From NCBI GenBank assembly GCA_902799285.1, contig CADCAA010000001.1:7533-71532 (forward strand): 64,000 nt of DNA. Direction: 5' to 3'. The position numbers were made by a program, and so were the translations under genes. How positions within the stretch are numbered: position 1 is the stretch's first letter; every line of letters begins with the position of its first letter. The notes beneath the pieces were generated by a model. That model was not told where the DNA came from. It saw nothing but the letters and a program-made list of their open reading frames with translations, and did no database searches. Source of the stretch: an uncultured Pseudomonadota bacterium. GTDB taxonomy: Bacteria > Pseudomonadota > Alphaproteobacteria > Rs-D84. This document shows positions 1 to 8,490 of this stretch, one piece after another.

Positions 1-959
1 CGCGACATAATTTGGGGTTGCGCGTATTGATGGATGTGGCGGGTGTAAAACAGGCGTCTGTATATGTTGCGGGATTTGTTTTGGGACCACGGTTGAATGC
101 GGCGGGTCGATTGGATTCGGCGCGTCCTGCGTTGGAATTGTTGTTGACCGATAATCCGTTGGTGGCGCGTGCATTGGCTGAAAAATTGGACCAAATGAAC
201 AGGGACAGAATCGATATTCAAAATGCCATTATGTTGGGCGCGACCGAGCAGGCGGAAATATGTTGCAAGGATGGCAAGTGCAGTTTGTTTGTCTGTGGTG
301 ATAATTGGCATGGTGGTGTGATGGGAATTATCGCGGGACGGTTAAAAGACAGGTATAATCGACCGTCGTGTGTTGCAACAAAAATTGATGGTGTTATAAA
401 TGGGTCAGGGCGGTCTGTTGCAAATGTGGATTTGGGACGCATTATACACGAGGCTTTATCATTAGGCATAGTTTCCGAAGGTGGCGGACATGCGGCGGCC
501 GCGGGATTTTCTTTGGCGGCGGATAAAGAAAACGAGTTTCGTGAATTTTTGGAAAAATCTGTGATGCAACAGTTAGGAAGCACCCAAATTGTGCCCGAGG
601 TTATAGTTGATGCTGAACTGGACGCCAGTGGTGCAACGATGGGATTGGTGTCAAAATTGGCGGTGATGGCCCCGTTTGGTCAGGGAAATCCAGAGCCAGA
701 ATTAGTGTTAAATGGCGCGGTGTTAAATTATGCCACTACAATGGGTAATGGGGCGCATTTGCGTGGCGTTGTGCGGACATCAATGGGGACAAATGTCACC
801 TTTGTCGGGTTTAATTTGGTGGGAACGCCGGTTGGTGATTTTTTACTGGACGACGCAAATACAAACACTACAATATCTATGTTGGGTCGATTAAAGGATA
901 ATGAATATAACGGACGGCATACGGCTCAATTTATGCTTGAAGATATCGCGGTTAGGTAA
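1..959 (+). CDS. recJ: Single-stranded-DNA exonuclease RecJ, C-terminal part (gene begins upstream of the window; codon phase starts at nt 3)
   Basis: The open frame runs off the 5-prime edge. It has RecJ-like PRLNAAGRL and the DHHA1 motif GGGHAAAAGF. Stop is at 957-959. Confidence 0.8.
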   Translation, partial: RHNLGLRVLMDVAGVKQASVYVAGFVLGPRLNAAGRLDSARPALELLLTDNPLVARALAEKLDQMNRDRIDIQNAIMLGATEQAEICCKDGKCSLFVCGDNWHGGVMGIIAGRLKDRYNRPSCVATKIDGVINGSGRSVANVDLGRIIHEALSLGIVSEGGGHAAAAGFSLAADKENEFREFLEKSVMQQLGSTQIVPEVIVDAELDASGATMGLVSKLAVMAPFGQGNPEPELVLNGAVLNYATTMGNGAHLRGVVRTSMGTNVTFVGFNLVGTPVGDFLLDDANTNTTISMLGRLKDNEYNGRHTAQFMLEDIAVR

Positions 960-960
960 A

Positions 961-1914
961 ATGAAAAACGAAACAAAACTTTTTATAGAAAAAATAGAAT
1001 CTGCAAATTCTATTCTGTTGACGGCGCATAAAAATCCCGATGGTGATGCGTTGTGCACAATGCTGGCTTTGTATCAATTAATTGTTTTGAATTATGAAAA
1101 AGAAGCCGTTTGCATTTATGATGGTAATGTGCCCGAGGCTTTGCGTTATGTCCCATTGCGTGGGCGTGCACATTTTTTTGCGCATGTTGATTTAACACAG
1201 CCTTTTGATTTGGCGGTGTTATTGGATTATGGAACAACTAATAATATTGGTGGGACGCGTAATGCGTTGGATGCTGCAAAATTTTTGGTTGAAATAGATC
1301 ATCATAAAAACGATAACAAATTGGGTGCGTTGTGCATTGATGATGATACTGCGTCGGCGACGGCATGTTTGGTATATGATTTGATGATTGATGCCGGTTG
1401 GAAATATGATGACAAAGTTTTGAATTTGTTAGCGTTGGGAATTTTGACCGATACTGGGAATTTCAAATATGCGCGTGATGGGCGGCCTTTGCGTATTATG
1501 GGGAATTTGGTTGATGGCGGCGTTGAAACGAATCGTTTGTTAGAATTGTTAAATAATAAACCGCGCAAGACTATTCAGACCGAGGCACGTGTTGTTGCGG
1601 ATGCCGAATTTTTATATAAAAATCGTTTGGCGATTGCGGTTGTTGATTCGACGGCGTATAAAAATCTGGACGGGCGCGGTGAAAACGCTTTGTCTTTGTT
1701 GGGCCAGGTTAAGGGTGTTGAATACATTGTTTTATTAAAGGAACAAAAAGAAAACCAAATTGGTGTATCATTGCGCAGTAAATTTTTACCTGTGAATAAA
1801 ATCGCAGAACAATTGGGCGGTGGTGGCCATATGTATGCGGCCGGTGCCGTTGTGCATGATGATAATTTGGAAAATGTAAAAAATCGGGTCATAGAATTAT
1901 TCAAAGGGGTATAA
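961..1914 (+). CDS. DHH/DHHA1 family phosphoesterase (NrnA-like oligoribonuclease/pAp phosphatase)
   Basis: ATG at 961, one nt after the recJ stop. Motifs HKNPDGDAL, EIDHHKN (DHH) and GGGGHMYAAG (DHHA1). Confidence 0.75.
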   Translation: MKNETKLFIEKIESANSILLTAHKNPDGDALCTMLALYQLIVLNYEKEAVCIYDGNVPEALRYVPLRGRAHFFAHVDLTQPFDLAVLLDYGTTNNIGGTRNALDAAKFLVEIDHHKNDNKLGALCIDDDTASATACLVYDLMIDAGWKYDDKVLNLLALGILTDTGNFKYARDGRPLRIMGNLVDGGVETNRLLELLNNKPRKTIQTEARVVADAEFLYKNRLAIAVVDSTAYKNLDGRGENALSLLGQVKGVEYIVLLKEQKENQIGVSLRSKFLPVNKIAEQLGGGGHMYAAGAVVHDDNLENVKNRVIELFKGV

Positions 1915-1919
1915 GAGAG

Positions 1920-2534
1920 ATGAAAAAATTTTTAATTGCGATTTTTGCTGTGTTCTTGGCGGTGCCCGGGTTCGCAGATGTGAATAAATCCCACGTTCAA
2001 AAGGCGGAAAAATATCTGAATTCTGTGACGGGCCTTGCGGGTGATTTTATTCAAACATCAAATGGCAAGGTTGCCAAGGGATTGTTTGCTATGCTGCGGC
2101 CGGGACGTGTGCGTTTGGATTATACGAATGCAAAAATTCAATTGATTTCTGATGGAACGGATTTGTATTTCTTTGATAAATCGTTGGATCAAATTACGAC
2201 TGTGCCGTTGACCAGTACGCCGGCCGGAATCTTGGTGCGAAAAAAAATAGATTTACAAAATGCAGATATTGTTGTGTCTGATACTTTCGAAGGTGATAAA
2301 ACTTTTGCGCTGACCATGCATTTGCGCGATAACAAGGGTTTGGGGCACATGACGGTTGTGTTTGATAAATCACCGGTGAAATTAAAATCTTGGACGGTTG
2401 TGGATGCCACAGGGGCCAGTACGGATGTTGTATTTCGTAATTTGAAAACTAAAACAGATTTTGATAAAAACTATTTCCAAATTGGTCGGCATAAAACGGT
2501 CAGTAATGCCGGTATGGATGATTTTTATAATTAA
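1920..2534 (+). CDS. lolA: LolA-like periplasmic lipoprotein carrier
   Basis: Signal peptide MKKFLIAIFAVFLAVPGFA, about 200 aa, LolA-like N-terminal pattern (LAGDFIQ...LRPGRVRLDY). Called on overall resemblance only. Confidence 0.5.
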   Translation: MKKFLIAIFAVFLAVPGFADVNKSHVQKAEKYLNSVTGLAGDFIQTSNGKVAKGLFAMLRPGRVRLDYTNAKIQLISDGTDLYFFDKSLDQITTVPLTSTPAGILVRKKIDLQNADIVVSDTFEGDKTFALTMHLRDNKGLGHMTVVFDKSPVKLKSWTVVDATGASTDVVFRNLKTKTDFDKNYFQIGRHKTVSNAGMDDFYN

Positions 2535-2537
2535 AAA

Positions 2538-2828
2538 ATGTTTGGTATTAGTTGGGCTGAATTTTTAGTAATTTTAATTGTCGCAATTTTGGTTGTGCCG
2601 GTGAAATATTGGCCGGATGTGGCGCGTTGGTTGGCGCGTGTGGTAAAATATATCCGCCGGATTATTTGGAAAATCACAGATGCGACCGATAAAATCAAAG
2701 ATCAAATTGATTTAGAAAAACCGATTAATGATGTAATTCATACAACAACAGATGATATTTTGAACGATTTTTCAGAACCATTAAAAAAATCACGTGGACG
2801 CAAGAAACAGATAAAAAATGATAAATAA
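2538..2828 (+). CDS. tatB: Twin-arginine translocase TatA/TatB-family component
   Basis: MFGISWAEFLVILIVAILVV TM helix followed by an amphipathic helix. It overlaps the start of tatC. Confidence 0.65.
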   Translation: MFGISWAEFLVILIVAILVVPVKYWPDVARWLARVVKYIRRIIWKITDATDKIKDQIDLEKPINDVIHTTTDDILNDFSEPLKKSRGRKKQIKNDK

Positions 2829-3531
2829 AAAAATGACTTTGATGGAACATTTTGCCGAATTGCGTCGGCGGTTTTTGTGGTGCATTTTTATATTTTTTAT
2901 TGCGTTTGTATTTGGGTGGTATGTCGCGCCGTGGGCCCAAGGTTTTTTAACCGAACCGTTGTTAAAGGTTTGGCGCGGACAATTGTTATATAATGGATTG
3001 ACCGATGGTTTGATGATACGATTGTCTTTGTCGACAACAGTTGCGATGCTTGTGACTTTGCCGGTGTTGTTATGGCATATATGGGCGTTTGTTGCGCCGG
3101 GATTAAAAAAGAACGAGCGGAATTTTATTTGGCCATTATTGATTGCGTCGCCATTGTTGTTTGTGTTTGGTGCGGCTTTTGCATTTTATGTTTTGTTTCC
3201 GTCGGTCTTTGGTTTTTTCATAGAATTAAATCAATCGTCAAATGTGCCGGTTGTAATTATGCCGGCGGTGCGCGATTATTTAACATTTGCCATACGTTTA
3301 TTAAAGGTTTTTGGAATCGCATTTCAATTGCCAATTGTTATGATTTTCTTGAACCGTATTGGTGTGTTGTCGCGTTCACGGGTTGTGGCGATGCGGCGTT
3401 ATGCGATAATCTTGGTCGTTGTTGTGGCCGCGGTTTTAACGCCGCCTGATGTTGTTTCGCAGATTTTATTGGCGATACCGATGCTTGGGTTGTTCGAGTT
3501 AAGTATTTTGTTTATGCGTCGTGATGATTGA
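2818..3531 (+). CDS. tatC: Twin-arginine translocase subunit TatC
   Basis: N-terminal EHFAELRRRF motif and multiple TM segments, about 237 aa. An alternative start is at 2833. Confidence 0.85.
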   Translation: MINKKMTLMEHFAELRRRFLWCIFIFFIAFVFGWYVAPWAQGFLTEPLLKVWRGQLLYNGLTDGLMIRLSLSTTVAMLVTLPVLLWHIWAFVAPGLKKNERNFIWPLLIASPLLFVFGAAFAFYVLFPSVFGFFIELNQSSNVPVVIMPAVRDYLTFAIRLLKVFGIAFQLPIVMIFLNRIGVLSRSRVVAMRRYAIILVVVVAAVLTPPDVVSQILLAIPMLGLFELSILFMRRDD

Positions 3532-3572
3532 AACAATTTATTTGTTGGGAAAAATGTGATATAATTTGTCGT

Positions 3573-5054
3573 ATGAATAAATTTTTTGGTTTTTTATCTG
3601 TGGGATTGATTGCCGTAATAGCGGGGTGTGATTTGCAACCAAAAATTGCATCTATTCCGGGCAGTGTGGGGGATTTTATTTCCGAACGTTATCCAACATT
3701 ATTGGCGGAACCAGACAGCGAGATTTATAAGACTGCGGTGGCGGACTATGGCGTGTATGCGTCGCCGACGGTGTATGGTGATGGCGATGTGTTGGCGGAC
3801 GATTATGTTTTATATTCGCCGGCTGATGATTATATGATGCCGGCCCAGGATACAGATGTTTCACCGGATGATGTGGGTATGCCCGATGATGATGGGGCGG
3901 ATGATGTTGAACAATCGTCAGATGCGTCGGATGAAATCCAAGAAAACGCGCCGGATGATGATATCGATGATTTGCATATTCCGGACTATGTGGATGAAAA
4001 ACCGGTATTGACGGTTGCACCGAAACCCGCGCCAAAAAAAGAACAGAAATCAGAGCCAGAAAAAAAATCGGATGCCGAAAAAACGCCGGAAATGGTGCGT
4101 GCACAACTGCGCGAGGTGACAATAGAGCAGGGTGATACCCTGTATTCTGTGTCGCGTAAATATTCTGTGCCGGTGAACGATTTGGCGGTTATGAATAAAA
4201 TTAGTGCGCCGTTTACATTATCGGTTGGACAAAAGATAAAGGTGCCAGATGTTTCGTCTGTTGCGAAAAGTTCGGGTGTGCGTGTGGCCACCACGCCTAA
4301 ATCTGTGGATGTGAAAAAGCCGGCCGGTGTGCAGAAAGTTGCGGAAAAGCCCGCTGCGAAAACCGAAGCAAAACCTGTTGAGGCAAAAAAGGTGGCAACA
4401 ACACCGGTTAAAAAGGCAGATGCGCCAAAGGCAAGTATGCCAAAGGTTGATGCAAAACCAAAAGCGACGAAGTCCGGGGATGCAACTAAAAAAACAACGG
4501 ATGCCAAGAAGACAGAGGTCAAAAATCAGGCGAGAAAAGCAGATGTGAAAAAGGCTGATGACAAAAAAGTTGCGAATAAAAAGCCGGATGCCAATGTGAA
4601 AAAATCTGATACGAAAAAGGTAGCGCAAAAAACCGAAACGAAAAAACGGGCAACAAAACAATTGGCAGCGCGGTCGTCGTCTAAATTCTCGTGGCCGGTG
4701 CGGGGCAAGATTTTGTCGGGCTATGGTTCCAAAACAAATGGGTTGTTTAATGATGGTATCAATATCAAGGCATCGCGTGGCGCGCCGGTTTTGGCGGCGG
4801 AAAACGGTTTTGTGGCCTATGCCGGGAACGAGGTCAAAGGTATGGGTAATTTGGTGATTATCCAGCATGCGGACGGTTGGATGACGGTCTATGCCCATAT
4901 GGATTCGATGAATGTGCGGCGCGGCAGTACTGTTTTGGTCGGCCAAAAAATCGGGACGGTTGGAACGTCGGGCAAGGTTGACCAGCCACAGTTGCACTTT
5001 GAAATTCGTAAAGGCACCCGTGCGTATAATCCAATTAGTTATTTGAAAAAGTAA
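3573..5054 (+). CDS. LysM + M23 peptidase lipoprotein (NlpD-like murein hydrolase activator/endopeptidase)
   Basis: Start moved to ATG 3573, which gives the lipobox signal MNKFFGFLSVGLIAVIAGC. LysM block GDTLYSVSRKYSVPVNDLAVMNKI. C-terminal M23 block GINIKASRGAPV...QLHFEIRKG. A long Asp-rich then Lys/Ala/Thr/Pro-rich low-complexity linker lies between them. Confidence 0.85.
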   Translation: MNKFFGFLSVGLIAVIAGCDLQPKIASIPGSVGDFISERYPTLLAEPDSEIYKTAVADYGVYASPTVYGDGDVLADDYVLYSPADDYMMPAQDTDVSPDDVGMPDDDGADDVEQSSDASDEIQENAPDDDIDDLHIPDYVDEKPVLTVAPKPAPKKEQKSEPEKKSDAEKTPEMVRAQLREVTIEQGDTLYSVSRKYSVPVNDLAVMNKISAPFTLSVGQKIKVPDVSSVAKSSGVRVATTPKSVDVKKPAGVQKVAEKPAAKTEAKPVEAKKVATTPVKKADAPKASMPKVDAKPKATKSGDATKKTTDAKKTEVKNQARKADVKKADDKKVANKKPDANVKKSDTKKVAQKTETKKRATKQLAARSSSKFSWPVRGKILSGYGSKTNGLFNDGINIKASRGAPVLAAENGFVAYAGNEVKGMGNLVIIQHADGWMTVYAHMDSMNVRRGSTVLVGQKIGTVGTSGKVDQPQLHFEIRKGTRAYNPISYLKK

Positions 5055-5106
5055 AAACTTGATTTTGTTATATTTTATAATATAATTTTGGTCGCACATT
5101 AGTTTT

Positions 5107-5183
5107 GGATGCATAGCTCAGCTGGCTAGAGCAACTGACTCTTAATCAGTGGGTCCAGGGTTCGAATCCCTGTGCGTCCACCA
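5107..5183 (+). tRNA. tRNA-Lys (anticodon CTT), CCA encoded
   Basis: Cloverleaf read by hand. Acceptor GGATGCA/TGCGTCC, anticodon stem ACTGA/TCAGT with loop CTCTTAA, T-arm CAGGG-TTCGAATC-CCCTG, 3-prime ACCA. Confidence 0.9.
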
Positions 5184-5195
5184 AAAATAAAAAAT

Positions 5196-5216
5196 CCACC
5201 GTATGGTGGTTTTTTA
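5196..5216 (+). terminator. Weak rho-independent terminator after tRNA-Lys
   Basis: CCACC-GTAT-GGTGG stem-loop followed by TTTTTTATTTT. Confidence 0.45.
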
Positions 5217-5296
5217 TTTTTGTTCGCACATGATTGGTTCGGAATAGTCGGCAGTATTTATATTGCTGTTGGCTTTGACAACACTTTTTATTACCT

Positions 5297-5364
5297 GGAT
5301 CCTTGCGTCGTTTCGCCCGGCATTGCACATTCGCGCAAGTTGGTCGAAACTCCTCAGGATGACA
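5297..5364 (-). repeat. 68-nt structured GC-rich repeat module (TGTCAT...GAGGAG...GACCAACT... family), inverted copy
   Basis: The reverse complement aligns block-wise with 33694-33760. Shared blocks are tgtcat, gaggag, gaccaact, ccgggcg and cgacg, with variable blocks between them. Confidence 0.5.
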
Positions 5365-5380
5365 ATGCTTTCGCATTGTC

Positions 5381-5409
5381 TTGTATCTGTTGTTTTTTTA
5401 TGATATAAT
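5381..5409 (+). promoter_or_regulatory. Sigma70-type promoter, extended -10
   Basis: TTGTAT (5381-5386), 17-nt spacer, TGaTATAAT (-10 at 5404-5409). The RBS GAGAGGGA precedes ATG 5438. Confidence 0.5.
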
Positions 5410-5437
5410 TATATGTAATTCAGAGAGGGAATATTAC

Positions 5438-5821
5438 ATGATAAAAAAGATTTTATCCGCTATTTTTGCTTTTGTGATGTTGGGTTCGGTTGCCAATGCG
5501 GCCGGGGTTGAGCCGTTAAAAAAATGTGTGAGGTACGAGTACGTTGGTGCTGATTTGCTTTGGGATGTGCATCCGGATTATGTGATATATTTTGAAAATG
5601 ATAGCGATCAAATTCCTGCACAATGTAAGGCCGAGGTTGATAGACTGGTTGAACATATAAAACAATCGGCCGATGGTAAGCCGCAGGCAAATATAGAGGG
5701 TGTCATAGTGTTGGGTATGGCCGATGGTGTTGGTAGCGCGGATTACAATGCAAAACTAGCAAAAGGTAGAGCGAATACTGTAGACGAATATTTGCAAAGA
5801 GAATCTTTCGTCTCAGCCTGA
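5438..5821 (+). CDS. Small secreted protein with partial OmpA_C-like domain
   Basis: ATG 5438 with an RBS. Signal peptide MIKKILSAIFAFVMLGSVANA. OmpA-like core FENDSDQI...GMADGVGSADYNAKLAKGRANTVDEYL, but the usual C-terminal part of the domain is missing. Confidence 0.5.
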   Translation: MIKKILSAIFAFVMLGSVANAAGVEPLKKCVRYEYVGADLLWDVHPDYVIYFENDSDQIPAQCKAEVDRLVEHIKQSADGKPQANIEGVIVLGMADGVGSADYNAKLAKGRANTVDEYLQRESFVSA

Positions 5822-5831
5822 TTATCGAGGT

Positions 5832-6347
5832 GTGTTGTTGTATGTTATTTATAAATCCGATGTTTGTGATGCGGATACGATAAAGATTTTGGATCAACTG
5901 ATTGCCAAGGTTTCTGATAATGCCGATTTGAAAAAGGCAAAAGAGTTGTGTGATAAAGAGGGAAAAACACTTGTGCGTTCACAACGTGAACGGATTCAGG
6001 CGGCAATTCGTGCTGCAATCGAAAAGTATCCCGAGGTGGTTGACCAGATTGATTTATCAGCCGAGATGAAAATTCAATTGTTGGTAAATGGTTTAGTTAA
6101 TACCAGAAATTCTTTGGCCGGTGGCGCGTCGGTTTGGAAAACAGCCGAGGGGAATTTTAATGGTGCGCGGTTGGCATCCGATTCTATTGCTGGTGTGGTG
6201 TTGGGGACCGCCGGTGGTTTAATCACCAGTAATATTGTTAAAAAGAATCAATTGTCGTCTGGGTTCGACAGTGTGATGTGCACAATTGGTGGTCAGACTG
6301 TGGCATCATATGGTGATGAATTCCGGGTCGGAATTACAACAAGATAA
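5832..6347 (+). CDS. Hypothetical protein (helical N-terminal half, Gly-rich hydrophobic C-terminal segment)
   Basis: ORF with a GTG start 10 nt after the previous stop and no recognisable motif. The start codon is uncertain. Confidence 0.35.
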   Translation: MLLYVIYKSDVCDADTIKILDQLIAKVSDNADLKKAKELCDKEGKTLVRSQRERIQAAIRAAIEKYPEVVDQIDLSAEMKIQLLVNGLVNTRNSLAGGASVWKTAEGNFNGARLASDSIAGVVLGTAGGLITSNIVKKNQLSSGFDSVMCTIGGQTVASYGDEFRVGITTR

Positions 6348-6363
6348 GCGCGGGGGGATATCC

Positions 6364-7167
6364 ATGAAAAAATTATTATATATTTTGTGTGCTGTATTGG
6401 TTGCCGGACCCGCTGTGGCGGCATCGCGTGCCGATATTCAGGATAATGCAAAGAATGGTGCGCGTTCGACAATTGGTGTCAGGTATGAACCGGCACGTAA
6501 ATCCAGTTTGAAATTTGACTATGTTGCGCCGGCCGTGACAAATCCTGTCGTCACAACGGAAAATGCGGATCCGGTTGATAATCGTGATGCGGAAAGGGCG
6601 GCCTGTTTATCGAATAATGTTGGTATGGATGCGACATTTGTTTGGGCGTCGCGTTATAGCAATACCGCCAGTTATGCAACCATGGTCGAAGATGTCGAAA
6701 ATCCTGAAAATAATGTTTGCTTTGCGCACGTGAAAATTGCGTCCAGTGACAGTGGTATAAATTTGTCCGATTTTGATAGTAAATATTTTCCCGTGGACGA
6801 GGTTGTCACCTGTGGCAATTGGATAAACAAAGAAAAGTTGGAAAATCGTATTTTGGATGCCAAGAAAACTGCGCGGACTTTGGCGACAATCGGTGGCGCG
6901 GTTGGTGGTGCCGGGATTGGTGTTGGTGCAATGGAATTGTTTGGAAATGAATTGATTGGGGGCGCGGTCCAGGGACAAAAGGCGTTGGATGGTGATGAAT
7001 TGTTTATATCGCAATTAAAAGTATTACGCGATGATGATAAGACGAAATATGAATCAATTAAAAAAACATTAAAACAATTGAAAGAATTGTGTGATGCCAA
7101 CCCATCTATTTCCGATTGCAAAACGGTTAAATATAATAATATATTGACCGCTTTGGGTGAGAAATAA
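6364..7167 (+). CDS. Secreted hypothetical protein, paralog of 35163-35981 (Cys-containing domain + glycine-zipper segment)
   Basis: ATG 6364. Signal peptide MKKLLYILCAVLVAGPAVAA. A long block is conserved with the 35.2-kb gene, including SYATMVEDVE.PENNVCF and TIGGAVGGAGIGVGAMELFGN.LIGGAVQGQK. Confidence 0.6.
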   Translation: MKKLLYILCAVLVAGPAVAASRADIQDNAKNGARSTIGVRYEPARKSSLKFDYVAPAVTNPVVTTENADPVDNRDAERAACLSNNVGMDATFVWASRYSNTASYATMVEDVENPENNVCFAHVKIASSDSGINLSDFDSKYFPVDEVVTCGNWINKEKLENRILDAKKTARTLATIGGAVGGAGIGVGAMELFGNELIGGAVQGQKALDGDELFISQLKVLRDDDKTKYESIKKTLKQLKELCDANPSISDCKTVKYNNILTALGEK

Positions 7168-7171
7168 AAAT

Positions 7172-7195
7172 GCCGCCAATTTGGCGGCGTTTTTT
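7172..7195. terminator. Bidirectional rho-independent terminator between convergent genes
   Basis: GCCGCCA-ATT-TGGCGGC hairpin flanked by an A-run upstream and a T-run downstream. Confidence 0.7.
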
Positions 7196-7925
7196 ACATC
7201 GTGAAATCTTCGCCCAGATAGACCTTTTTTACCTGGTTGTCGGCGGTAATTTCGCGCGCGGTGCCGTGCTTTAATATTTTTCCGTCGTGCAACACATAAC
7301 TGCGGTCCGTGATGCCCAATGTTTCGCGGACGTTGTGGTCGGTGATAATTACGCCCAGGCCGCGATCCTTTAATTGTGATACCAAAGAACGGATTTCATT
7401 CACCGCGATTGGGTCAATACCGGCAAATGGTTCGTCCAATAATATAAATTTAGGGTCGTTTGCCAATGCGCGTGCGATTTCAACGCGGCGCCGTTCGCCA
7501 CCAGACAGGGCCGTTGCGGGACTGTGTCGCAGGTGTTCGATTGAAAATTCCTGCAACAGGGCCTCTAACTTTTTTTGTCGTTTTTGTTTGTCGGGTTCGA
7601 CAACCTGTAATATTGCCATAATATTTTGTTCGACGTTCAGCCCGCGGAAAACACTGTTTTCCTGGGGTAAATAACCAATGTGCAGACGTGCGCGTTGATA
7701 AAAGGGCAGGTGGGTTATATCCTGGGAATTCAAAAATATTTGGCCGGATGTGGCGTTTAATTGGCCCGTGATGCAATAAAATGCAGTGGTTTTGCCCGCA
7801 CCGTTTGGACCCAATAGGCCGACCGATTCGCCCTGGCGTACGACCATGGATATGTCACGGATAACAGTACGTTTGCCATAATTTTTTGATAAATGTTCAA
7901 TACGTAATACAGATTGTTTCATCAT
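7194..7925 (-). CDS. lptB: LPS export ABC transporter ATP-binding protein LptB
   Basis: Walker A GPNGAGKTT and signature LSGGERRRVEIARALA. About 243 aa, as is typical of LptB. It follows an LptC-like gene. Confidence 0.85.
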   Translation of the reverse strand: MMKQSVLRIEHLSKNYGKRTVIRDISMVVRQGESVGLLGPNGAGKTTAFYCITGQLNATSGQIFLNSQDITHLPFYQRARLHIGYLPQENSVFRGLNVEQNIMAILQVVEPDKQKRQKKLEALLQEFSIEHLRHSPATALSGGERRRVEIARALANDPKFILLDEPFAGIDPIAVNEIRSLVSQLKDRGLGVIITDHNVRETLGITDRSYVLHDGKILKHGTAREITADNQVKKVYLGEDFTM

Positions 7926-8422
7926 AGCCTTATCACCATTTCAGGGGTTGTTATTTTGTCGCCATTGCTGGAATCAACATGGACGTTGCCAATCAATCGA
8001 ATGTTTCGGCCGTGTTGGTCATATTCGCCAAAGTTTGCACGGATATGGTCGGTTATTTTTTGATTGTTTTCCATACGCACCGTTGTGCCGTTGACATTTT
8101 CCATATATATAATGTCCGGTTTGTCATATTCCTGGCGCGCGGTTTTGGCGGAAATGGAAAACGGCTGATTATTTTTATCAAATCCAGAAAAATTTGCGTC
8201 CGTCATTTTGAATTGATTGCTGGTAATATCAATCATATTGATTGCAGAAATTGGCGTCCATAACAGTTGTTTCGTGAACACGGCGCCCGCAACCAATGCC
8301 GCCACCATCACCAGGCCCCAGCCTGTGAATAAAAATTGCCACAGACGCGTCAGACGACGGTGTTTTTTGAAAATAATAAAATTTCTGTTATCTGGTACCA
8401 TATCAATTGTATGTTTGCACAC
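7922..8422 (-). CDS. lptC: LptC-like membrane-anchored LPS export protein
   Basis: N-terminal TM helix plus a beta-rich periplasmic domain of about 130 aa. It is translationally coupled (4-nt overlap) to lptB. No lptA lies between them. Confidence 0.5.
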   Translation of the reverse strand: MCKHTIDMVPDNRNFIIFKKHRRLTRLWQFLFTGWGLVMVAALVAGAVFTKQLLWTPISAINMIDITSNQFKMTDANFSGFDKNNQPFSISAKTARQEYDKPDIIYMENVNGTTVRMENNQKITDHIRANFGEYDQHGRNIRLIGNVHVDSSNGDKITTPEMVIRL

Positions 8423-8490
8423 GATAAACTAAAAAGCAATTTTTATATTTATTAGTGGGTCTTTTTGTGATATAATATTACCACAGAGAG

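Noticed and set aside
4218-5114. 298-aa minus-strand ORF, plus several other ORFs (3676-4122, 3986-4522) antisense to the NlpD-like gene
   Set aside because: These are shadow ORFs created by the Lys/Ala/Asp-rich low-complexity coding region. The plus-strand frame carries LysM and M23 motifs.
5821-5835. Frameshift fusion of the partial OmpA-like ORF (5438-5821) with the next ORF (5832-6347)
   Set aside because: The downstream frame is open back to 5784. However, the sequence after the junction does not resemble the missing C-terminal part of an OmpA_C domain, so a fusion cannot be supported.
6352-6357. G6 tract in the ribosome-binding region of the 6364 gene as a phase-variation switch
   Set aside because: Six residues is short for slipped-strand phase variation. 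There are no comparative data. It may simply be the Shine-Dalgarno region.
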